From NCBI GenBank assembly GCA_000708835.1, contig DF237337.1, positions 1 through 64,000 on the forward strand: a stretch of DNA of 64,000 nucleotides. The letters are read 5' to 3'. The notes beneath the pieces were generated by a model. The model worked only from the letters and a program-made list of their open reading frames with translations, was not told the origin of the DNA and searched no databases. Origin of the DNA: Klebsormidium nitens. Lineage: Eukaryota; Plantae; Klebsormidiophyceae. Of this stretch, positions 23,490 to 33,900 are shown in pieces; position 1 is the first letter of the stretch; each line of letters begins with the position of its first letter. The position numbers and the translations under genes were made by a program.

Positions 23490-24338
23490 GGCGCCCCAGC
23501 CAATCGACGACAAATAAGTTTTCAGGACTAATAGAAGGAATCTCTTGGCTCTCTTCCCTCCTCCTGAAGGCTGTTCAAAGCTGATACAGATCCGTGAAAG
23601 CGGCTAATACTAACACTGACAGGATCTGCTCATGCAAGCTTTCTCCGGCCAGAAAAGTGTGCAGCTGCAAGCTAGATGATAGATCTGCAATGCTGGCATT
23701 GGGGTTTGTGGCTTGTTTGCGGCCAGAAAGCCCTAATTCAACTTCGAGGTTTAGCCAGGGGTCGCAAGCTGCCAGGCAAATTGGTGAGGAAGCAGAAAAG
23801 CAGGGGGTCCACCGCGAGTGCCCATCCAAATTTTTGCATGCAAGTTCTGGACACCTTGCCCTGCAAAACTGCCAATTTTCCGGGGCGGCATAAGCGGTGG
23901 ACCAGTGCTTTCTGCATTTATCAGCGAATCAAAATGATTAAATAGCAGGGCAAAAATGCAGATTCTACGAACAAAATTGAACAGTTATAAGCAGACAGCA
24001 TCTAATTGGTGGATTCACCAATAGTAGCCAAATCTTCGTCAGCAAGTGGTCATACGTGCGATACCGCGATCCTATAACCTGGCAGTGCGGGTTCTGCTTC
24101 CCCAACCCTCAAGCTGGCAGCTTGCGACCCCTGGGTTTAGCGCTGAGCGGGAGGAGGCGCCAATCTGCACTTTGATTCTGGAACGCTGCATTTGTTTGGC
24201 AGCATCCTCGATTCCTACTATTAGAGACTTTGTGTCAGGTTTTCTGTGCTCATCATATGCGTGGGACGGGACCGGTGCCGGACAGGATTGGCACGAGAAA
24301 AAGAATGAAGCAAGCAAAGACGTTGGTGGCGAGGGACC

Positions 24339-27300
24339 ATGCAGAGAGCGATTGCTTCTCCAAGGAGTGCCACCGTGTGGAACAGAAGGCCTGGCAGATT
24401 TGTTGCAGGCTCCGCGATTGAATCTTTGAGGGCATCGGACGCGATGGTGAGACTTTTTGCCACCACGCCTTTTTCAGCAAGTTGAGGAGGACTCTTCTGA
24501 GAAAAACTTCTGTAAGCGTTCGGCTGCCGCTGGTGTTCTCTAAGTTGGTGAGTAAGTCGAAGAGCTGCCCTGATTGTTTGTTTTGATATGTTTCACTGAT
24601 CACTAGGTGAGACACAACATCGGGATGGTGGTGCATGTGAATTGATAGGTGGCAGTGGCGTTCACCCATTGACGGGCAGCGTAGAGAGATCAGATGTTGC
24701 ATTGGTTTTTCTGAGCCTCAAGTTCAACTGGCTAGAATTTCGTCTCCAGATGTTTGTCGCTGTCGGGTGCTCCGTATGACGTGGTGGAGAGGGATCCCTG
24801 ATTCTTGAATTGGTCCAATCAATGACCATGTCTACAATAGAGAATTGCCCTGGGAAGCTCACAGCCAGACTTTTTAAATACTGCCGAGCTTCTCTGAGGA
24901 CAGGCTTTGCTCTTGATCACTTGATAGGAAAACGTCTTCTTTGAAGAATCACTTCAGAGAAAAGCAAAGAGGTTTCAGATTGGCGAAATAATCAGTTTTT
25001 TATGATCTATAATTTTCCTGCTCCAGGCATCATCCCCCTCCTTAAGACTGCCCCCAGCCCCCCACGAGCTCTATCAACGTGTCCGCAACCACTTTCCCTA
25101 CTTCAACCCAGACAAGAAGAACCCGGTCTTCTTTGAGAACGCTGGGGGCAGCCAGTTGCCCCTCACTGTCATCGAAGCAGTGCGTGAGCACATGCTGGAC
25201 CACTACGTGCAACTAGGGGCGGGATATGAGCTCTCCAATCGGGCGACGAGCACAGTCGATGCGGCGCATGACATCATCAAAGTAAGGATGTTCAATCTTC
25301 AGCTGTGTGTTGGAAACTAGGTACAAATACCTTGCTTTTGGAATCTCCCAGAGTTTTGATAGTTCGGAGCCTCTGAGGTTTTCAGGTTGCCTTTTGCACA
25401 ACTATCAACAAGAGGCTCTCAATCATATCCAACTTCTGATCTGGCACTGTTCAAGAGACACCCTTTTCCACCTCCAGCTGATTCCGCAGTTTGACTCATG
25501 ACCGAACCAGCAAAATCAGGGGACGTTTTCTTTGAAGCTGACCCAGATCTAGGGAACCAAAGGCTTTTTGAGGAATTTTGGGTGGACTTCGATATTGACA
25601 CCAGGGACAACCTTGTCTGGTTGATTCAACGGGTCTGAATTCTGGACCATTGACTTTACCAGCTTCGCTGGAGACCAACCTTCCTGAGCAGACAATATAG
25701 TAGTTCCGTGGACCTCACTATGCTGAATGTAAGGGCTTCAAAATTTCTGTGAAATGAATGATTCTTGCAAGCAAGGATGGTACCATTTGAAGTCACTCGT
25801 TTCATTGGGGCATTCAGTCTTTGAGAGGACCGTTGAATATATGCTACCAAAGGTTGAAGGAAACAACGGCGCGTTGCTTTCTGAATTGTAGCGGGGATCC
25901 AATCGACCAGATTCTGCTGTTCTATGGAACTGCATTCCGTAGGATATCAGAGGTGCGGGGATCATTTTTGGGACCTCGTCACGTTCTATGGCCCCTTCTA
26001 ATTATAACTTCCTTCAAAGGCTACTTCCGAGTTTCGAGTGCAGAAGGAAGCGGGGACAGACTTACACAGACTCCAGCTTTGAGCGGTGTTTGTATCCGCA
26101 ATGTTCGGCTAGCCCCTCGAATCCCAATCAAACGCTGTCGTCTCTAAACTCACTCTACGGAAAATGAGATGTGGATTGAGGCCTCTGCAGATACTTTTCC
26201 ACAAAGGATACGACGCCGCCAGATTTATTGAACGTAAACTCGTCTGAAGCACACAACTCGCTTCCAAACGTTCGTTCTGCTGACGTTTCATTTGTGACAC
26301 TCACGTTCGCTTTTGATTCAACAGTTGTTCTCAGAGAAGCAACTTACGTATCTTCTTGTTCTGCTTCCAAACGACACGCCTCAGGACCCAGTCTGTGGAT
26401 ATGTGCACCCCATACAATCTATAAGGCAAACTTCTAGTCTTCTAAGACAAGTTCTACTTCCCCTGGGTCTGCAGACCTTCCTAAACGTCGGCGAAACGGG
26501 CGAGGTCGTTCTTGCGGGCTCGACGTCCGTACTTCTCGCCTCTGCTGCGGACGCCTACCGACGGTCCGGCGTCATTCGGTCCGGCGACGAGATCATTGTC
26601 CAGGTGACGTGTCACGAAGCGAACGCCGGGCCCTGGGTGCGCCTCGCAGAAGACGTCGGCGCAACTGTGAAATGGTGGGGTGTAAATTCGGAACCCCCGC
26701 ACACGTCGAGCTTCGAGGAGCTGGAGAATCTGCTTACGGACCGGACGAAACTCGTGGCGGTGACACATGTTTCCAACCTTCTGGGGGAGATTCTGGACGT
26801 ACGAAGCGTCGTTCGGACCGTTCGGGAGTCACCGGCGGGGGCGCAGGCGCGCATTGTCGTGGACGGAGTCGCGTACGCGCCGCACCGCGCCGCTGACGTC
26901 AGCGCCTGGGGTGTAGACTGGTACGCATTTTCGGTGTACAAGACGTGGGGGCCCCACGTGGCAGCGCTGTACGGGAGCCACGTGGCGTTCCGGGAGCTTG
27001 AGGGGTTTGGGCCGAACCATTATTGGATCGACGGGGCGGACGTGCCGTACAAGTTCGAGCTGGGGGGTCCGTCGCATGAGGCGTGTGCAGGAATTCTGGG
27101 CTTGGCTCAATATATTAGCGCGGTGGCTCGAGAAAGCATTGGGCTGGAGAGGGGCGCGGAGTGTGGATTTTCAAACGCTGAGGATCCCCAAGGGGTTCGA
27201 TCTTCGGGAGAAACATCTACTAGCGGGCGGGCAGAGCAGGCAAGCAAACGGAACGGGATTGCTCCTTTGAACAGCAATGGTCCAGGGTCGAATGCGGAGG

Positions 27301-27743
27301 AACAGAACGCGCCGAACGGGGTCGACTTGGCATCGGTTGCGGTTGGAAAGTTAGATGTGGCCCGCAAGCGGGGGCTGCTCCGACGATCGGACGTCGAGAC
27401 GTTTTATCGAACGGTCGTCAGAATGGAGCAGGCGCCGCAGGAGAAGCTTCTCAAGTTCCTGCTGTCGAAGCCCGAGCTGACGGTTGTCGGACCTGCCACG
27501 TGGCAGTCGGATGTGCGAGTGCCCACAGTGAGTTTCGTCCACCGGAGCAGGACGTCTGCTGATGTCACTAGGACGCTGCACAAGGCAGGGTTTGCGATGC
27601 GCCATGGGCACATGTATTCGAGACGGTTGTTAGAGTCTCTAAAATACGAAAATGTGGATGATGGAGTCATTAGACTCTCGCTTCTTTACTACAACACTCC
27701 TGAAGAGGTCGACACGTTGATTGGTTACATGGACGACATCTAA
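24339..27743 (+). CDS. Class V PLP-dependent enzyme, cysteine desulfurase-like, VC1184 subfamily; probably 3 exons
   Basis: Exons about 24339-24446 (tentative; Ser/Arg/Ala-rich leader), 25027-25280 and 26475-27743. Motifs VFFENAGGSQLP, YVQLGAGYELS, KLVAVTHVSNLLG, VVDGVAYAPH, PLP-lysine motif FSVYKTWGPH, YKFELGGPSHE, RVPTVSF, RLSLLYYNT. Confidence 0.88.
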
Positions 27744-29377
27744 AAATGAAAGTGAATCTAACCCCTATATGGTTTTTGATAGAAGTATAGGAGGTTTATA
27801 CCATTGTACAGATCGGAACGACATTCGGCGCGGCAATATCTTGTAACATTATAGCGTCTAACTCTAGAGCAGGCTCAGTGAAAGGCGCCCGGGCCCGGCC
27901 GTCCTTAAGGATGAACGATTCACATTCGAGATTAAGTAGGTTGGCAAACCAATGATAGCAATGTGGCTGCAGGACGCGGTATAGCGGGTGTGCTTCAAAT
28001 CCATAGACAGAATGCAGATTGCATTCTTAGTCATGCCATGTCTGAACGCGCGGCAGAAATGTTCCCCAGCCATGGCTTTTCATGCAGCCACAGACGTTTC
28101 CGACTGCGATAACTAAAGACGATGCACGTTAATTGATAATTGAATTGCCAGCTTACTCATACATGCAGTGCATGCCACATGTGTATGTCAGTGACCATGT
28201 GTATGCATATGGTCACGTTCTGAAGCAATGCAATCGCGGTATTCTAAGTAAACGTTAATTGTAGACATTTTCATGACACCACTGTGTATCATTCGACCTA
28301 CTATTGGGACTGCCAGCTAGTTGCATGATTTCCACTGAGTTGAGCTGTCATGTGAATCAAGCGCAATCAGGATACATGCAGATACAATCCTATATAAGCT
28401 TGATCGTGCGTCAATTTGGAGTAATTTATGCTTTTAAACGTGATCAATTTTCCAATTTAGCTCTGCGCATGACTCAGTACCCATGCCTGTATCGCCTGAA
28501 GAGAAGGGTACATGCATGGCTGGTGGGCGCAGCTTACTTCAAAGTTAATCCAGAGGCAGTCGGCCAGCACGCCACGCGCATGCGCGCTTTTGTGCTTATA
28601 AGATCGGTCGGATGCATTGATGACTGGGATTACCTGCCATAGCGTTGCTGATTCTTCATCGGACCCGATTCAATAAGGCGGGGCAATCCCTGGATGCATG
28701 ATAGATGGCTCACAACTTCTGGCTGCAAGCAACCAAGTGTGGTACTGCTCGGAAATCACTACGGTACCTCTCAATATTTACTTATCTGCCTACAGCCTCT
28801 TGTACAGTATCCATTCAGTGTGCTTGCAAGGAGCAGCGCAAGCTTTGTACATCGCATGACATGCGCAGTGGCCGCACTTACAATGCAGACTCTTGTTGCA
28901 AAAACCTACCATAGGAGTGGATGCCCCACTAAATCGTTGCAAGCTTCTCATTGACTTGGCAATTGCAGAACACCTCATTATAAAAACCTGGTAAACGTGT
29001 GCTTACTTTTATCAGTCCGCAGGGAACTCAGGTTTGGTCACCCTAGATCTTATCATTAAACCAGCTCCTGTTTGCGCTCAAAAGAGGAGGAGGTCCCAAC
29101 CTGGTGTTACTACCACACTTCAACCCGCTTTGATCTTCTTAAGCTTTGGTTCCGGTTCTGCAGCAGGGATGGAAGGCAAAAGCTGGCGTCAGAGCAATCG
29201 TGTTCACCGAACTACATGAGTATTTTTCAGGTGGTAATCAGCATTTTGTTCTGAAGGCAGGCCAGTTGCAACGGAAAAGTCGGTTTAGCATCCTCTCATG
29301 AACCCAACACAAGTGTGAAATAGATTGACAGTCTTCTGACAGGATGCTGCTGCCTGGTGCATTTGAACGCGTCATAC

Positions 29378-30054
29378 TCACAAAGCACAAGCATATTTCA
29401 TCATCTTGATCGAAGTGTGGTCCAGCTTACTCGAGATGAGCGGCCGCGGTCTTGTTTTGAAAAGATACTTTTGCCGTATCACCCCCACCACGTCAAACCT
29501 AGTGCTGCCCCCTTCAATTTGCTGACCAGCCGTGGGAGGGAGCTTGATCTTCCGGAGCACAGCAAGCGCTTTCTTCAGGACCACTCTGGAGCCCTCCAAC
29601 TCGTGGTACCCAATCCTTAGAATGGGTTTCTCCTGGAAGTGTGCAGCATCACTTTGGCATCAGCAATGAACGTGCTAGATCTGCTGATAAGTTGCCATGA
29701 TCCAGACTCCGTCAGGTTTTGGTAAGTCCCTGAATAATCTGAAGACAGAGCTTTGCATGACGAAGGAAGCAGCACACAGTCTGGCAAAGACGGGTCAGCT
29801 ACACTTGGTGTCTGAATCTGGAATGAGGGATTTACCTGAGTACAAACACCTTGAAAATTGCACAGCTTATTGTGATGGAAACTGTAGTGAGTTCCTTTTC
29901 CTGCTGTGCTCACCGTGGGTGTCTGACACAGGATTCCTATCCGAAGGTTCTGCATCTCGTTTTTGAATGCCCCCTGGACGTCAATCTCCCCTTGCAGCTC
30001 AATCATTGTCCACTCTGCGCATATACCACACTCACATCGGATGGGGGCCAACAT
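29378..30054 (-). CDS. CTF8: Chromosome transmission fidelity protein 8 (Ctf18-RFC subunit), 2 exons
   Basis: Exons 30054-29914 and 29632-29378. They read MLAPIRCECGICAEWTMIELQGEI...LRIGILC|EKPILRIGYHELEGSRVVLKKALAVL...VVGVIRQKYLFKTRPRPLIS, the plant-type Ctf8 pattern. Confidence 0.92.
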
Positions 30055-30912
30055 GATGCCCTGATTAATCGACCCAGCACTCTTACTACAGTCTCAATAA
30101 CGAGCACGAGGTCCTCATGAAAGCCTAGAAGACCTCGGGCTTTCGAGAAGGGCACATCCGCCCTAAGCGCTGCAATCCGGAGCGACTTCAAGCTCCAATC
30201 ACTCCTACGTGCGCTTCAACTGAGGCCCCTCGGATCTAAAAACCAGAGCTTCTGCCAGAATGGGTCTTCCTCCACAGGCTCCAGCAGTCCAGCCTCCGCC
30301 TCAACGGATTCCAGTACTGGTGCGCCAGCACCAAAATTCTCTCTTGCGATCTTGATCGCTTTGCTTTGAAATTCAGAAGAGATGGCGGGATTCTGTCTGG
30401 TAACTGGGCCACTGGTAACGGCGCTGGAATATCTCAAACTTGACACTGTGAGATTGGTTGAAATCGAATTGAGTGTAATTCTCGGCTCTTGTGTCAAAGT
30501 ATGGGCCGGCTGTATAGAACCGGCGGGCAGTAACGGTTATTTCCGGCTGTCTCCGGCGCGGCTTCTCTTTCATGGAGCTTTTCTTGTCACAGTATCTCTC
30601 TCGTCTGCAATTTGTGTAACGTAGCGCAAACGAAAGACCTGTGCATACAAAGGGCGAGCAGCAAACCTGGATGCAAAGCAAGTGGAGTGAAGATCCTTCT
30701 TGGTTCTTGGGGCTGCCTGAAAAGATTGGAGTACGGAAGACCGCAAGCTCTGGATCCAGGCGTTGCATCAGCGGTAGTGCTGTCGTGTGTGTTTGTTCCT
30801 CGAGAGGGGGTCTGTGTAACACCGGTACTTGGAAAACTCTCCAGAAAGCTGCTCTTTTAGCATTTAGATATAGATAGGATCAGCAGAGGGGGGTTTTCCG
30901 CATCTGTCTTGC

Positions 30913-33900
30913 ATGCTGAACTATTTCTGGGGTAAGGGACCGAAAGGCCCCGAAATGGGGCAGGAAGAGAAGGGTAAAGCAGGGGACAGCGACACTTCTG
31001 TTGGGAGCGGGAGTCCTGCTGCTGATCCGGCAGAGGAGTTAAAGTCTGCGGCAAATGAGGCGTTTAAAGGTATGCACTGTTGACGTTTTCCCAACAGTTG
31101 AGACATCATCGTGTTATTGTCTAAGCTGCGGTAAGATAATGGGGCAATATTATTGATCAATCGAATCTGATTAGTTTTGCTGACGTAATGGCGGGGTAGA
31201 TGGTTGTCAGGAATGGAGGGTTTCCTCTGGTCCTAAGGACAGCTGGCCGTGGGAACAGCCAGCAATTCCTTCCTGATGTGACATGAGTTGCAGACAGCAG
31301 AGGCTGGACATTAATTTTGTGTCTGCCCACTGAATTCTTGTAGTGGATGTGGTCAAAGTTGCGTATTCTCTCCCTAAGGTTGCACAAGGTTAGGGTTTCC
31401 CTTTTGCCGGTTGTTGCTCCTGCTTCCACCTGTTTGAGCAGTGACGTCCTAAGGTTGTGTTGTTCGTCTTTGTTCACCTGGTAAACAGCAAACATGGAGA
31501 AAATGCAAGATTAAAGTCTCAAGATCTTGCGTTTGTCTCAGCAGTAGGAATGTATGTTGAAGGGCTCGACAGTTAGAAACAGAAGAAACCCTCCTAAGCA
31601 TCTCACCAACCTCGCAATCCACTGCAGATCACAAGTTCGCGCACGCGGTTGACTTGTACACACAAGCGCTAGAAATAAGAAGCGACAATGCGATCTTATA
31701 TGCCAACCGCGCGTTTGCACACATAAAGCTGGAAGAGTATGGCAGCGCAGTCGAAGATGCGTCAAAGGCGATCGAGATCGACCCTTTGTACCCAAAGGTA
31801 GGCTTCCTTCTGTCCGTGCCTTGTGACTTATCTTCGTGATACGTGTGATGTCTGCGCTCTTGTGAACATGCTTCGCAACACGTGCAGTTTCTGCGTTGCT
31901 TTGAATGCGCTTCGCCACTGCATTACATCATAATACTTAGGTTTGGGGTTTAGGAAACGTTAGTGTTGGTGGTTCTGAGAGTATCACAAGCAATCTGTGT
32001 GTGGGGGGTAGTGCAAGTTTCTCGAGCAACAGTATTGTATCAGAAGATGCAAACTTCTCGAGCAATGTGAGCAGTCAGCGTCTTCGATGGCCTTCTGTTT
32101 GCAGTAGCGATTCTGTTGTTTTTTCTTACTTCCTGAAGTCCTCGTTTGCAGGGATATTATCGGAGGGGAAGTGCTTATGTAGCGCTGGGCAAGTTCAAGG
32201 ACGCTCTCAAGGACTTTAGACAGGTAAGCGCGGAGCCTGTCAGCTGGTTGGCACTCGGCAAGCCTTTTGATAAGTGGTTCACTGCTTAGCAGTGCATGAT
32301 CAAAAGGAGATTGCTGTCCAAGATCAAGAGGGTGCACTTGTTGTGTTGGACCCTTGGGCTTCGAGTTGGCAGACACACTGACAAAGTAAGTTGTTGGGAT
32401 TCCCTGCTCGGGCAAGTGTCGTTGGAAAGGCAGTCAGAATCAAAACAGCTTTTCGGTTTAGAGGAGCTGAGGCGTAAGGGAAAAGAGATCCAACAATCTG
32501 GAGTCAAGCAAGAAACGAAAGTGCTTGTAAGACTAACGTTACATGAAACATATCACAAGCTCGAGGGTTTGAGAAGAAAAAGAAAGCCACAAACTCCCCA
32601 CCTTGACATCCTTGACTCGTGGCTGCAGGTTGCAAAGATCAGGCCTCGAGACCCCGACGCTCAGAAGAAGCTCAAGGAATGCGAGAAGGCGGTGCAAAAG
32701 CTCCGATTCGAGGAGGCCATCGCGCAGGAGGAGCAAGACCATCCGTCTGTGGCGGAAACGATCGATGTCTCGAGCATGGGTGAGTAACGCATAGTCCAAG
32801 AGGGCAAGATGCAGTTGTAAAGCACAGGAGATGGATCTTTGAAGCGAAGCTGTGAAACTTGCTGGTAATAAGGTGTTAGCTTGTTTGCTGTTGGCGTTGC
32901 CTTGCAACGTACTGGTTGCAGGGGAAGTCGTGTTTTTCTTCTGTCGTCTGTTGTACCGCTTGCGAGGCCTAATTCGTCTTGTACTTTCGTCAATGGGGCA
33001 AACTTAGTCTTCAATTTAGGCTCCTGTTGAAACGCTCGCGAAGCCTGGTGCGTCTTACGCGTCTCTCAAGCGGCCAGATTTTGCTAACGTTTGCCTAGGG
33101 AAGTTCGCTTTTTGGAGCGCAAACGTTTTACCTCACTAAGCGGCGTCCTTGCCTGCCTGGAAAAGCAGGCTGTTTATTGAGCTAAGTAAGCATTCTTGTA
33201 CCGAGGTGTTTTTTTCGAGGTTCTTTGCTTCGAATCAAGATTGCGCATTATGATTTGACACCTTATTATCATCTCGAGTACGCCCGGTAATGACGCATTT
33301 TATTCGTTCTCTGATTGGTCGAAACCCTTTACCATTGACTTCGTTGACTACGAAGACACTTCATTTAAAGCGCACCCCACCCTAGATCGAAGATTAAAAA
33401 AATGGACACCGTCCATCTTTCAATCCAACGGCTTAGAATTATTACCAATTGTATCTATCGCTCCGATTGGCTACGCTAATTAGAACTCGTGTCGGCCGGT
33501 CTCCCCTAACCCACAAGGGTTCATTCTGAAACCCCAGAAAGAAGTGTCAGTTTGAGTGCAAAAATGGACCCCACTCTAGTTTGACACTTGGCCAAAAATC
33601 GGAGCTAATTAGCCAGGTGATCCGGCACGAAAGCCGAGTAAGGTGGCCATTCTCATTCTTGTGTATATTGCAGAAGTGGAGCCTGCCTACGATGGGCCTC
33701 GCTTGGAGGGCGACCAGTTGACCCTCGAGTTCGTCAAGGAGATGTTGGAAACTTTCAAAAAGCAGAAGAAGCTCCATCGAAGGTGAGGGCTTGTTCATTT
33801 ACCACGTTTGCAACAAGAGCGCTCATGGTGCACCTCTACGGGTCAGAAACGACTCGGTGATGAGGCCAGAACGGCCACGGAGACTCACGCCACAGACCGT

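Noticed and set aside
30003-30877. Short ORFs in the CTF8/PP5 intergenic region (30003-30191, 30216-30497, 30641-30877)
   Set aside because: No recognisable motifs. An in-frame stop separates them from the CTF8 start. They are most likely UTR or promoter sequence.
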